A stretch of 63,556 nucleotides of DNA, filler included, from Collodictyon triciliatum (GCA_043381765.1; 8 parts of 8 records of this genome joined end to end with filler, not necessarily neighbours in it), one strand, 5' to 3'. Counted from the first letter of the whole stretch, positions 37,000 through 51,975 are shown. Made by a program: numbers and translations. The notes: a model not told the origin generated them from the letters alone.

Positions 37000-39929
37000 T
37001 TACTGACCTCCTTCCCTCTTCTTGCGCTCCTCCTCTTCGGCCAGGGACATGCGGATGGCCTCCTGCAAATCAGCGTCTTCGTCTTGCTGGGGGTTCGCTG
37101 CAGGTTGGCCGGGCTGCTGTGTGGCTGGCTGTGTGGCTGCAGGGGTCTGCGCCTGGCCGAACGGCGGCATGTTGGCCATGAATCCGGGGTTTGTGAACTA
37201 GTTGGGGTGGTGTGTCAGGTTCGGTGGGATTGATTCTGAGTGAATGTGGAAAGTTTCATGGCAGTTTACAATCTGTTGGGGAGAATAAGGGGAAAAGAAA
37301 CTATGGTTCTAAAGCAAAGAATTTTGGGGATTGGTGGACGATGGAAGACATTTGAAAGGAGATAACAAGGCCGTTACCATGGACGGGAATGTGTTTGCCC
37401 CGCCCATCCGCTGCATTTGTCCCATCATCCTCGACATGATGGCAGGGTTCGCCATGAGGCGGGCAGTGATTTCCATCATACGCGGGTTTTGCATCAGGGA
37501 CGCGTAGTTTGGAGGCCGACTTGGGTCTGTGTCGCGAGAATACAATTAATGTGTATTTTATGGATCCAAGTGTCCCAGTATGACGAGTTAATTCTACAAG
37601 CATGTATGGGTCTTCGGTGGGAATGATGAGGGATTCTGTTTACCTGTGAAGGACTGCATCATTTCAGTCATCAAAGCAGGGTCTTGCATAATCTAAGTTT
37701 TAACTTAATATCAGAAAGGGAAAAAAAGATACACTACGATTATTCAAATGATTCTGTCTACCGATAACTGGGATAATATAAAAAAGGGGGTTACACTTCT
37801 TTGGATATGCTATTTTATAGCGAACGAGTGCAAACTGGGTAACTGCAAACCCATGGATACATGCCAGAACAAAAGGAAGGAAGGAAGGAAGGAAGGAAGG
37901 AAGGAAGGAAGGTGAAACCTCTTGCATGATTTCGGTGCTCATGGGGTCATTCATTAGTGCCTCACGAAGTTCGGCATCCTGGGCAATGGCCCCAAATCCA
38001 GGAGCACCTGGAAATGTGGACCCCATCCCCGGGAAGGATGGGTTCGGTTGAGCTTGTGGGATAGGAGTTGGAGCTGGAGCTGAAGTTGAAGTTGATGAAC
38101 CAACATTGGAGCCCAAGGCAGATTCTAGCATTGACTTGATTCTGTGATTGTAAGAGAACAAATGCTTTACTGTAGGGAAAATTGAGGGAATATTGTGAGA
38201 GTTTGAAAACAGCAAAGAGTGCGTATGCTTAAAAGCCGAGTAGATTAAAAACGACTCACAATCGAGGCCAAACCACATATATCAATAAATTAAAATGAAC
38301 TTTGGGAGTTGGGGGTCGATCGAGTCCATGTAATAGAATGCTTCTCCATCTTCGAGGATTTCAAAGAACCCAAAGCTCTTTAGTGCTTCGACTCCTCCAG
38401 TACGCCCACTAAAAAAAAAGGCATTGAAAATATGTGCAAAGATAAATAGTTCAATTTAATGTGTATCTATTTCGAGTGGTGACAGTATTGTCTTCATTAG
38501 TAATATCTCTCATAGGTAAAGGGGAAAAAAAAAAGCTACACAATGCGGTTTTTGAAAGCTTGATTGCTCTGCTTTATTCTCCGGAACTTCATCTCAGTGG
38601 GGTTCTTTAACACTGTTTTACCATTACATTAATCACCCATACCTTTCTTTATTTAAAATAATAAAATTCAAATGCACAAACAAGAACTTTAATCTCCACA
38701 AATCAATCATATCAAGACAATTAAACGATTTTTTCTGAGATTTTGATCACCATTATCAACATATGCTAACAATAGCTTCGTAGTATCGATGAAGTCGTTG
38801 AATGGCACATTTTCTTTGACGATTTTAAGTGCCTGTGCAACACGTTCAGGGGTTATTCTAGGTTTAGTGCATCGTTAATTTAGTAAGTATCGAATTCTTC
38901 GACATAACTCGAAATAAAAATCCAATAATCTGTTTGGTTTTTTCAACAGCAAATAGATGAAATCTCGTCTGAACTGCATATTAGCCACGTCATAACAATT
39001 CTTGTATGACATAGCCGTGTTACATATTTAATCAAATAAACGGGATAAAAAAACCGTATCATAGCAAAAGAAAAAAATTACGGTATGGGGTTAGGGTTAA
39101 CGTGTCTCTTCGGCGCGGGTGTTTGTTGGGCCTATGAAATGCGCCATTGTAAGGATTATATTTTTGAACTAGACCTGATTGCGCTACATAATATTGGATA
39201 TAACAAGACGAGGTGATAAAAAAAATCGTATGAATTTGGTCTCTGACATAACAAATTCTTTTCTGAGAAAGATTTGATAACTAGCAGCTTAGATAAGTAA
39301 AGAAGATAACATAATTGAAAATATAAAAGAAATTTTGATTGCTCACAATTCCACCGTGCGTAACAACCGATGACTCGACTCGGTATATATCGGCACCCTT
39401 AAACTCAAGAATTCGAGACATATTCCTATAGAAATGAAAGGTCGGATATGCGTTGATGACAGCTTCTCGTACAAGGGCCTTGTTTGACGCGGTGGCCTCG
39501 CTATCGACCTGGACGAATGTGACATCTATTTTGCGTAAAAGGAAAAAGTGATTCACGCATGAATGAGATACAGCATGCAAAGAGCCCTCAAGATGACCAT
39601 GAGTAATAGGCCACAGTTAAATGCAACGAAAAATACATCGCCCATGCTTGAAATATCACACTGATTACTTGTATATTTCTCGGACAAGGCGACATACGAA
39701 TCATGGATCGCACGACATGGCCCACACCACGGAGCAAACCAATCTACCACAATCAATCGATCTCCGGCTGTTGATAGGATGTCACGGAGTTCATTACCTC
39801 CATCTACGATGATTCAATAAGGTTTTGTTTAATGAACGATAGGATATCCGACCCTTTTATCAATAGAGTAATAATATTTTTTCCTCCAATAGAGTAATAA
39901 TATAAATGAACAACAACAACAACAACAAC

Positions 39930-40015
<86 letters not shown>

Positions 40016-42119
40016 GTCAATCTAACACATGTGACATTTTCATAGAGAATGTATGCCGTTAAGAGCTTTTAGACAATGGCAGAGAGGATATGTTGCCACT
40101 TTTCTTACCTTGGACATTGATTACAGATCCGCCAGAATGGTACTTTGAGCTACTGCTAACTACTGGAGCAGGAGATACAGTAGAGGATGCAACAATCGGT
40201 ACTGAAGGAAGGGAAGTAGTGTTGGATGAAACTGTCGTTGTTTTAGATGGCTGTGAAGCAGTTGTTGGCGCAGTACTAACGGATGCGGCAGTCTTTTGTA
40301 CCAAAATTACAATAGAGTCTCCAGCCTAATTGAACGAACACAAGGTAAACAACGTGAAGACCTTACAAAAAAAAAACATTTTGAAGTGTGAGTCCGGATG
40401 AAATATGAATAAGTATTGGTATCTCTCATCGATGATGACGATAGACATGCCTTGACATTATATTGTGCCAGATTTTTTTCATCTTCGAGGCGAGAGCCAC
40501 CAAAGATAAGGCGTTGGTTGGCTGGTTGAACCCCGATGGCTGATTCCACAACTTCTTTGAGTTGGGAAACTTTAATTGACAACGATGGTACCTTAATCTC
40601 CGTACTTTTGCCTTGGACCTATGTATGGAATTAATTGGCGGTAAGGTGTCGTATTTATTAAGACATACAGATAAAAAAAAAACATATCATTACTCTTTCA
40701 TGAAACATTTGTTTCGTAATGGGATGTAAACGCGAACATTTTTTATGTACAAGGAGACAAGTTTAGCAGCTTCGGTGGCCTGGTTTCATTTATCAAATTA
40801 GAATAAATTGCTAAAGAAAAATAAAAAAAACATGTTCAAAATATGGTGTTAGATATCGTAAGATAGGTATAATTCCTTTTATTCAATTCAAATTACAAGA
40901 TCTAATATCGAGGTATTCTATGTGAAGAATAATTCAATAACAAGACCCTATAAATGTGAATGTCATGGACAGTATAATGAAGAGATCAATTTAAAAAATT
41001 TGATGGTGAAGTTTTGGACGTTGATTAGATGGAACATACTGAAGAAGTTGGAGATGTAGGGGCTTGGGTGGCTAGTGGAGATTTTGGTGCAGATAAGGAT
41101 GGTTCCTCCGACTGTTTGGGAATGGATGATGATGTCTGAGTTGCAGGCAGCACAGGTGTAGATGTGGAAGGAATAGAGACTGATGAAGGTGGATTGGCTT
41201 CTGTGCTGAACTTCAGTGCCTCCTAGGCAATTAAATTATCTGGTAAGTGACTAAAAGCTGAAATCAATATCTTTTATTAGGATGATGTTATAACATATCA
41301 TTACATTTTGTGTATTCGTGTTATGCGTATAACTCAGACTATTGTTCAGAAATTAACCCACAGCTAATAAACTTTCTTCTTCCTCCAGTTGTGAGCTGAC
41401 AACTGGCGCAACAGCTGATGGCTTAGGCTCTTTTGGTGCTTCTTTTGGTGCTTCTTTTGGTGCTTCTTTTGGTGCTTCTTTTGGTGCTTCTTTTGGCGTA
41501 GCAGCTGACTGGATGGGCGCCTTAAGCTTTTTTACCAAATCCTGAGGAAACCAAGATTAATATGAGCTATTGATAAAAATGAGCAGATGGGAGAAGACAA
41601 GCGGTATCACTCAAGGTACTTGGTTGTCAACCACATATCAAATGATTTACCGAAAGAATCTCTTTAACGATATCATATTTTGCTGCCATGACTAACACTT
41701 TTTCAGAGGATGCCTACAGTGAAACAGTAAGTTTTCGTATGAGTATGATATTTAAAACCTGCTTATACATAGCCATGTGGTAAATAGACGCTTTACTCGT
41801 CCATAAACACCAAGGTAAGCTCATGTGTACAGTATTCGTATTTTTCTTTTTGTTTGGCAAATAAGTAGGAAGCGAGACAAACTTGATTCAGTGTTTTCTT
41901 CTCTGGATTGGTTTCCAGAGCCATCTTACGCAGCTTTTCAACCTGAGGTTCGACAGCGATCAGATCCTTCTGTAGAGCTAGAGCATGATTTCGGGTCTCG
42001 ATATCCTCGATTGAATCGTCTGCCTCTGTACGCCAGGTGGAAGGCAACTTGGCAAGTAATGTTTGGGCCCGCGAGTCCATCGAAGAGACGGCTGCTTCGG
42101 TTGTTTTCAGGATGGTCAT
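37000..42119 (-). CDS. Multidomain protein: helical N-terminus, UIM, ubiquitin-like, thioredoxin (WCGPC), PUB, STI1-like, UIM; about 17 exons
   Basis: One phase-consistent model: EEEESLLAEALKFS (UIM); KVSQLKEVVESAIGVQPANQRLIFGGSRLEDEKNLAQYNVKAGDSIVILV (UBL); LIVVDWFAPWCGPCRAI..AYPTFHFY (Trx); LLLAYVDNVLKNPTEMKFRRIKQSNQAF..GGVEALKSFGF (PUB); LMNDPM..IMQDPALM..LMQNPRMM..LMANPAIM (STI1); DEDADLQEAIRMSLAE (UIM). Confidence 0.85.
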
Positions 42120-42974
42120 ATCTGTAGATTTTCCAGGTTTCTGGCAGAGAGAAAGAAAGAAAGAAAGAAAGGAAAAGGCACAGAAGTTTACACCAACAAC
42201 ACCAACAACACTAACAACAACTGAAATGAGGGAAATCTGAGACTTGTCCTTCATATCTACAGCACTTTACTAGTTTACTACAATCAAGGAGATGCGCTTA
42301 CTCCACAGGTTTAACAAACACGTGAATGTTTTTGTCGCTTGACTGGGTTATTGTGTGCCGAAGGTTGCACGCCCCCCTCGGCTTCTGATCTGCGGATGGA
42401 ACCGATCGATTGGATCGAGAAGCAGAACACCCAAAATATTTTCTATTTATGGAATATACTGCTATATAATTTTTGGAAATTATATGGGGCACACAGATCA
42501 TTCAACAGCTTAAGTAAACGTAAAGTTTATCATAATTTGTACACATAAGCAAGAAGGTTTAAAGCTGCACCTCACCTTCGCGGTCAACGCCTCGGTAACG
42601 CATTTTCATTAACAGTCTTATCTAATTTTGGATGACTAGCACATATTGTATATAAATAAAATACCACATATGCAATTATTCTTGGCACCATCTCCCCATC
42701 AAGCAGATGACCACAATACCCAGGGGAAGTGTTCAAATCACGCCACACAGCCAAACCATCCGTTCACCTGACAGACCCTCACCACACCCAACATTCCACT
42801 TGGCTCCACGGAGACAAATAACTATTTAATAATTAGGAAAACAAAAACAAAAAAAAACAAAAAAACAAAAAAACNNNNNNNNNNNNNNNNNNNNNNNNNN
42901 NNNNNNNNNNNNNNNNNNTTAATTAATTAANNNNNNNNNNNNNNNNNNNNNNNNNNNNNNNNNNNNNNNNNNNN

Positions 42975-44421
42975 AAAAAAAGACAAAGAAAGCCGCCGCT
43001 GCAAACTCAGGGGCCGCTGCAGCCCCAGCCGGAACGCCAGGCGCAAAAGTCAGGACAAAGGTAGTCACAAGGCGAATGACGAAGCAAAAAACCACCGAGG
43101 AAAATAGTGAACCAAACGCAAACGCAAACGCAAACGCAAACGCAAACGCAAACGCAAACGCAAACGCAAACGCAAACGCAAACGCAAACGCAAACGCAAA
43201 CGCAAACGCAAACACAGACACAAGTGCAGATGCAACTGATTCGCAGCCAGGAAAACAGCCGCAAACATCCTCGCAATTATTCCTTCAGGTATTACCTCTA
43301 CCAGAACCGCAATTGCTCCTTCCATCGCTGCAGCAGACAGACTTGCAAACAAGCGTTCCGGACACCCCAGCAAAGCGTTTGCGCAGCAATTACGATAATG
43401 ATTCGGACCATTTCCAGGAGACCGGGTATTTGCCGTCGGACAATATGGATGATTCTTTCTATTCTCTCGATAGAGATACAATGCCGTACAATTTGCACCA
43501 ACTGCACACCCAATCGCCGCATAGCTCGGCTTCTCTCGGCCATCATATCTACGTTGGCCAGGCGCATAATCCCCCTCTGACAGATTCTACCGCCAATAGT
43601 AATACTAATATCACCATTACTGCTCCTACTGCTACTGCTGCTGCTCTGCATCCAATAAACGGGATAGACGAGTTTGGTCCTCCATTGGCTGACATGAGCG
43701 GGTCGTACACTGGGTCTCTTCTCAAAGGCCACATCCACGGCAAAGGTCGCTTTACCTATCTCAACGGCGATGTCTTCGATGTGAGTTGATTGCTTACTTC
43801 TCGGCATGCAATTTTATATCAAAGTTGTGTTCGTCTTTTCTTTCTAACTAATTTTTTTTTTTGTGTTGCGGGTATCAATTTGTTTTGTTGGCATTAATCA
43901 CCAACAATGTTCTAAACTTTCAATATATTTATCTCGTCCCACTCTGCCTATGTTGGTTTCATCAATATTAAACAGCTATTTTTTTGATTGTTCTTTAAAG
44001 AATTTTTTTGATCCTAGTAAAGACTTATTCTATTATGCGCTCGTTTTTTTTAATTTCTCCATTTATCACAAACACCCCTCTTTATTTTGAATTTCCTCCT
44101 TTTTTTTTTGTACGTTATGACTCCCTTTCTTATTCTATTTCTACCCCACTACTAAATTCTCTTCTGAATATCTCTTATCATCGACAATCAATATTGTCAT
44201 TCAATTTCATGGCCATTCTCTGGTCGAACGCTGTTCATTATTGGTCTATAATCAGTTTCATTCATTTTTATAGGGAGAGTGGAACATGGGAAAACGCCAC
44301 GGTTATGGGGAATTTTATCAGGCGGATGGATATCATTACAAGGGGAATTGGCGTGATGATAGGGTTCAAATAATCAATTAATTATTTTTTAACATAGCCC
44401 AGTTACGTTATTATTATTATT

Positions 44422-44455
<34 letters not shown>

Positions 44456-46472
44456 ACATCAACAACAACAAAGAAATTCGCAGCAAAGTCTCTTTACTGT
44501 TACTGTCGAAGCTTATTTTGTCCATATTTTCCTTTTGACCCCCATCTCCTTTTTCTTATTACCTCTATGCAGCAACACGGTGAAGGCCATTGCGTGTTTC
44601 CAAGCAAAGATGAATATAGCGGGGAATGGAACTATGGAGAAATCACAGGGCGTGGAAATCTTAAATTTCACGACGGGGATATGTATTCCGGCTTCCTTGT
44701 GAACGGAGTTAAGAATGGGATAGGTTTGGTATTGATATTATCCTTCCTGAAAAGATTTGGATTCATGTTTCATATATTTTCATGCACATCATTCATCTCC
44801 TGCAGTTTGTGATATTTAGGATATATAATTGAGATTTATGATGCTCAAATAAAACAACTAATTCTAAAAGGGACCTACCGAACAAGAAATGGGGATACTT
44901 ACGAAGGACATTGGGCAAATGGAGCGAGGCATGGTGAGTTTGCGGATTTCAATAGCTTGTCCAAACCTACCTTAAAGTAATTGCCAGAGAAATCGGGTTA
45001 TTCAATTATTTCATATGAACTTGAGTAAAAAGAAAATAGTGTTGTTCTTATCCCTTTAATCACTAAAATAGGATACGGAGTTAATATATTTGCTCGACAA
45101 GATGATAGCGAAATAATTGAAAGATACGAAGGATACTTTGAGCATGGTATTAACATCATAATCACTCGATACTGATAATTATTTTCATCATCATCACTCT
45201 GTTAGAATCTATAACTGTGATTCGACTTTTATTATTCATAGGTCTCATGAGTGGTACAGGACGTTATTTTTATTCAAATGGTGGAGAATATGAAGGCGAT
45301 TGGCAGAATGGAGTTGTAATATTTCATTTATAAGACATGCATCTCACCGATTCAAGTCATCCATTCACTAGCTTAATTTCGTTCCTGAATTGTTTAAAAA
45401 GATGCATGGAAAAGGAAAATACAAATATGCAAATGATGATATTTACAATGGGGATTGGGAGACGGACAAGAAATCGGGTCAAGGAATAATGCTTTATGCT
45501 GATGGAAGAAGGTTTTTGTTTTCATCAATAAAAACACCGAACCCCCCCCCCCCCCCCCCCCCCCCAAATCATTATAGATTTTCAGTTGATATGTTTGTAA
45601 CTACCACGAAACCTATGTTGAGTCTATGTCATACATCACCTACTCCGAAGGGAAAATAAAACAGGAATAAACACCTTTTGAAACCACACATTTATAACAT
45701 GCTTATTTTCAACGTATTTTTTTTTTTTAAAAAAAATTAACTCATTTAATCCAGGTATGACGGAGCCTGGTTGGACGATAATATGCATGGATATGGAGTG
45801 ATGACCTATCCAAATGGTGGTCACTACGTCGGCGAATGGAGCGCTGGTTTGCGACACGGAAAGGTTCTTACATATATCCGTATATTTTGATTGTTATTAT
45901 ATTCTACGGATATATTCTATATTCCTTTTCCAATTCCTATTCCTATTCCTATTCCTTTTTTATTTTATTTTATCTTTTAAGAAACATTAAATCAATAAAT
46001 TGACGTCTTTTCTTTTCGTTCCTTTCAACCAACATTGCAGGGTAAAATAATCCTTCCAGACCAATGCGAGCATCACGGCGAGTGGGTGGACGATGTTTTG
46101 AACGGGGAAGTGACAATAACCACAAAGGATTACGTCTACAAAGGCGACATGAGAGACGGAAAGGTAGTTCATCAGCTTTTCCCTTGAAGTACTTAAATGT
46201 CTGCAGCCGACTGGGACAAGGTGTCCGTTTCCTAGGGCATCGGCACGTCTAACACACGCTTTTCCAATTTCCCATAACAGAGACACGGACACGGAGCTTT
46301 GGAACATAGTAACGGCGACAGGTTTCTTGGGGAATGGGCCAACGACAAACCAGACGGACGCGGCACTCTGACTCTCGCTGCAGGGTTTGTGATTAGCGGT
46401 GTCTGGCAGAATGGGGAGGCTCAGCAGCCGCTCCAGGTGGAGGCGCTCTCGAATCCAGCGTGGTTCGGCTGA
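42975..46472 (+). CDS. MORN-repeat protein with long disordered N-terminus including (Asn-Ala)16; start lost in gap
   Basis: YTGSLLKGHIHGKGRFTYLNGDVFDGEWNMGKRHGYG..YEGDWQNGVMHGKGKYKYANDDIYNGDWETDKKSGQG..; about 11 exons, stop 46470-46472; (AACGCA)n at 43115-43213 in frame. Confidence 0.9.
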
Positions 46473-47057
46473 TTATCGTCTCGCACCTGGTCTTTTGTCT
46501 ATTTCCAGTAATCTCTCTCTCTCTCTCTCTCTTCTTCTGTGTATACAAGAATACATCCTATTCTTGGGATGTATTGCCTTGTTGTGGAGAGAGGGAAAGA
46601 ACAAAAAGAACAACAATCACGTTTTCAAGATGGTTAGTCGCCCACCTTGACCAACATTCTGATAACTTTGTCTCGGTGTGATTTTTTAATATATAAAGGA
46701 TATATAGGGTGTTCATAACATCCTTCACATATAGTAACTTTTTTTTTCCATTCCTTTAGCCTGATGAATGTATTTAATTTTCCGTCTATTCTTTTTGAAA
46801 ATTCACTCATATTCTTCATTAATGAGATGTGATGAGAATAGCACACAACCCAGGTTCAATATTAATATATCCGGCCACGCTTGAGATAAATCATCAACTC
46901 ATTCTTACATCGCAATACATTTTCTCAAAATATATCGCAGACAGTGAATGTGACAAAATGAAACTCCAAACGATTTATATTCAGCGACGAAGCATATCCT
47001 CGTGTGGGATAAGTGGCAAATTAAAATCATCATCCCATTCAAATAGACTTTGATGAC

Positions 47058-47150
47058 CTAGTTTGGCCCGGATATTTGGTTCATAAAGACTTGCCGGAGG
47101 ATTTGGTGGAGGCCCTCGGTTAATCCATCGGTGACCGTGTTGATCGGTGG

Positions 47151-47182
<32 letters not shown>

Positions 47183-50100
47183 GCGACGAAGAAGATGATG
47201 ATGGTGGCGTTTGTGATGGTGTAGAAGACATTGGTGATTGCCTCTGAGGATACGCACCGTACGAAGGAAAAGCCATCCTGCGCTGGTGCTGTGATGCGAG
47301 ATGCGAGCCGAGCTGTTGCATCGTGATGTCCTGCGGAGATTGTCGAAAGAACTGCGTGTTTTGCTGATGAAGCTGGTGCTGCGCATTCTCAAGTGCGCGC
47401 GGGTGGACATCAGTTGCAATCGGACGCGCATGGGAGAATAACCCACGATGCAGTTCTTGCGAGACTTGGTCAAATTGCTGTAGGGATTAATTGATGTGTT
47501 TACTGACTTGACTTTCTATTTGTCGATTTCCAATCTCTTTTCTTTTCCCATGGTTTAGGGGTTGATTGATTATTTTTTTATTGCTCATTCCAATTTTATG
47601 CAAGATGGTGAGAGTGCTAGTTTTATTGGTTTATAAACATCATAATATTGTAGTTACGTTTTGTGTGATGGGAGGTTGCGTGTGTGCATTTGTTGCTGCT
47701 GAAGTCGCGCCGTTCAAGCGAGCGGTTTGTTGTTGGTGACAGAGCTGATGATATTTGTATATACGTTATGAATTGCAATTTAGTGACATGAATCCATGGA
47801 TAACTTTCTTTGTATTTGGAGCAAATCAAAGAGCAATTTGTTTGATAGGGTTGGGTTTGTGGAGTGTGTGATTATTGCGGTAGGGATAGGTGAAGTGACC
47901 TTGAGAATCTCATCGCCGTGGCTGATTCCAGAGGCAGTAAGTATGAAAATCAAATGACGACAATAAAAAAAAGTAAGAAAAAATGAAGGTTGAAAAGGAA
48001 AAATAAATGAGAAAAGGAAATGGGTCAATGGACTGTTTAGAAAAGAGATTCTTCAGTTTTTTCTTTATCTTTATGAATATAATGTAGTGCGATAGGATGC
48101 AGAGACTTGCAAAAGGGTTTTATTACCGTGCCATGATTTGCTCCACACTCTCACGACGCAGCCTGTCAAATGCTGTTTGCTAGAGCATAAAGATGATTTT
48201 GATGTTTGTATAAACATGAATAGATTCGTTGTTTGGTTGAGACTTTAGCACGATTGTTCCAGATTAAAAAAATGAATTGAACTGCTTTTTTTTTTTTTTT
48301 GAGAATGCAAGAGAAATGGACGAATAAATGAAATAGCGCAAATATCCGTATATGAATTTAAATGAAATATCGAGTTTATGCACCCTGTTATTTGATCTAT
48401 ATATGGCTAGATTATCCTTGTATAATTGCTTTTTCCCAGGCTGCCAAAGATGTATGACCGGCTGACACAGAGATAGTTTCATGCAATTAATTATTTTTAA
48501 TTGTTTTAGAGAGATAGTTTGTTTACAAAACACAGAAAATTGTTCGCAGACACAGCATTTGGACAAGAATAAATAGAATTAGCTAGGGATATAAAACGTG
48601 CATCTAGGGTATGTATGCAGATGTCATTCGAAGATGTTCATACAAATTCCACATTGCATGAGGCAATCAAAGGAAAATCTCCAGTCGATGCTGGCTCAGC
48701 TATATGGACCACCTTTTATGATACCATAATTCAGATTATTATGATTATCGCAGCAGAGATTAAAAATGAAGATAAATAAATTGCTAAGAGAAAAAGCAGT
48801 ACATAAATTATTAGCTATCTTCTTTTTTTTTTTTCATGGGTGAATACTATAAACTAGAATCCGAATGACAAAAGCAGACCCCCTCGTAGAAATCCACTTT
48901 TTTCTCGATTTTGCAGGTATTGGCGTCATAAATGTAGATGAACCCATTTTCAGAGCCTGCATTGATGGGAGTATTACTTACCATAATTACATTTCCTTCT
49001 TTTCAGCCGATGGAGTGCATGGATATGTATGTTTCAACCACTGAGCTACAATCTGAATGGAAGATGTGCATATGCTTGATTCTCTTTACCCGTTACTATG
49101 TATTTTTCATTCATAAAGTATTGCGCTGCGATATTGTATGATTGGCACTGATGTCCTCTGTACACTTTCAATCCTCCGCTCATGCCTGGGTTGCGAGTAT
49201 TTGTATGGCGAATATCCCATAATTTGATAGTTCCGTCTCTTGCGCTGCTCAAAAGTTGAACACCATTCTTGCTGAATTGAATCTGTGTGGGAACGAAAGA
49301 AAAAAAAGTATGATATGTATAGTTGAGAAAAAGCTGTGTCTGGGCAAAATAAAATAAAATAGTCAAGCCAAAGTATTTATTAAATCAAAGATATATATAG
49401 ACATTACGTTGTTTAACTTGTTTTGATGTGCTTGAAATTCGAATACAGCACGGTTCGGAGCGCGCCTATACAGAAAAATGATTTCATTATAATCAGAGAA
49501 AATTTCATCTTAGAGATGAAGAAACTATCATTGAAAAAAATTGAATACGAATTATGAATTATAATACAATAATGATCAGATGATATAATATACAAAAAAT
49601 TCAAACATATTGAGAAAGGCAGAAATACCTGTCCCACATTTTGATATATCCATCCCGGGTAGCAGAGAGAAATGCATCATCATTATCGGGAATAAATGAA
49701 AGGCTGTTTATTGTGTTCAAGCCTGTCTGCGTGGGTAAAGAATGAAAAAATCAATCTCTATGCCAGTTTAAGCAAATAATAATTGATGGATGGAAGACTA
49801 CGGGAAAATAAAAAAATTCGTGGTTAATCATATTTCAGTAAGGTAGCAGTCATAAAAATGATATGTTGTGATAGAAACCTGTGAAGGATCTGGAGATGCC
49901 GTTGGTATACGAAATACAATCTATCACGCAAATAAACAACGATGGTATCGTAAAAGAAAACGAAATGATATTAATATATTATGACTTTTTTTTTGTTCTT
50001 TAATTGGTACTTTTTTACGTGTGAAAAAAAATGCACAACACATATGAGAGAGACTGAAAACATAGTCTTAAAATAAAAGAATTCAAAGCTTTCTAGAAAA

Positions 50101-51388
50101 AAAATTAGGAAAAGATGAAATAGAGAGGAGAGAAAAATAGATAGAGCGCACCTTGAAGGTATTAACATCCCACCCACATACAACAGAAGATACACACCCA
50201 GATAAAAGCATCGAATCAGACGAATTTCCAGCCAAACATCGAATCCAGTCTGATAAGTTGAGTTCATTGCCACGTGCAATTAAAAATAGAGTTAAAGAAG
50301 GACTTGAATGTCATATTACAAACATATGTTTTATTTTCCGTTATTAACATTTATTCAACTCGTGGGTCTATGATAAGTATTTTTCCATCTGTTTCATACA
50401 ACTGCAAATGGACATATGTCTTATGATTTTTATTTTTTGCTTTGTTTCATGAGCACATGGCTTTAGCCGTTCAACAATGCTCAACATTACCAGAGTGTTC
50501 GCGAAGCACTTGAACACTTTCGTAATCGCACCAGAGTCGGATGGTTCGGTCCAAACTGCTCGTGAAGAATGTGGGTCGAGGCTGCCGCATCCAAAGTATG
50601 TTTGTCACAACCTCGGTGTGGTTTGCCAGAGAATGTAGCGGTTGTGTATCCTCTGCGACGTTTGGCAGATTCCATACATAGACGCAATTTCCTATAAATA
50701 AATCAATAAATAAATAAATCAATAAATAAATCAATAAATAAATCAATAAATCAATAAATAAATCAATAAATAAATCAATAAATCAATAAATAAATCAATA
50801 AATAAATCAATAAATAAATCAATAAATAAATCAATAAATAAATCAATAAATAAATCAATAAATAAATCAATAAATAAATCAAACGAAAATAAGTAAATCA
50901 ATAAATAAATCAATAAATCAATAAATCAAACGAAAATAAGTAAATCAATAAATAAATCAATAAATAAATAAATCAAACGAAAATAAATAAATAAATAAGT
51001 CAATAAATCAAACGAAAATATAAATGAATAAATACACGATGGTTGAGTGAGATATTTAATAAGTAAATAGAGAGGAAAAAAGTGGCTTGACAAAAAGATA
51101 AAAGACAATGGGTCACGATGCCACCAAACCTCCCGCAGCCGCAAGCCTTGTCGAAGAATGATCGAATTGGATGTTGAAAAAGCACTTTTGACTGAAACGC
51201 AGCTTGCAGGACCGATCAGGCACCAGCGAATCAATCACTGCACTTACGGCGTTTACCGGTTGCTTTGATTGTGCCTTTTGAAGCGAGGACGAAACGCTCT
51301 TTCTCTGCAGAGCACAAAAGACATTCTTTGGCGCGCGACTTTGGAAAGCAGCTGAAGGCGCAGCAGTGTTTGGCTCCTGTCTTCTCAT
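47058..51388 (-). CDS. WD40-repeat protein with Q/S-rich C-terminal tail; about 13 exons
   Basis: HTEVVTNILW..FTSSLDRTIRLW; HSDWIRCLA..GWD; FLSATRDGYIKMWDR; HQNKLNNIQFS..LLSSARDGTIKLWDIR; YIVTGSENGFIYIYD. Confidence 0.88.
50693..51015. repeat. Intronic (TAAATAAATCAA)n repeat in the WD40 gene
   Basis: Directly visible inside intron 1. Confidence 0.9.
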
Positions 51389-51760
51389 CTGTCGCTCTTC
51401 AATAGAGAATTCTCAATAAGTCGGGCTGGGTTGTAAGAAAAAAAAATTGCAATGAAAATTAGGTCAATATAATAACAATAAGATAAAATTCAGACACGGG
51501 AAAGAAACGTGAGAACAAAGCAATGCGCCGATGTTTAGTTGTTTGATTTTTAGGCCCGAGAGGAAAGTCCGTGTATTCAGCCTTTCATTCGTCTTAGAGA
51601 GGTGCTGGTGAGTTGCATGCTTGCCTTCATCGTCTGGATTCTGCTCCAGTCTATTCTTTATTCTATCGCTGAGGAAAAAATAATAATTTTAGTGGTGAGG
51701 ATACCAAGAGAGTGGGGATAGGCATCATAGTATTGGGTTGATTGGTGCGAAATCCAAAGA

Positions 51761-51975
<215 letters not shown>

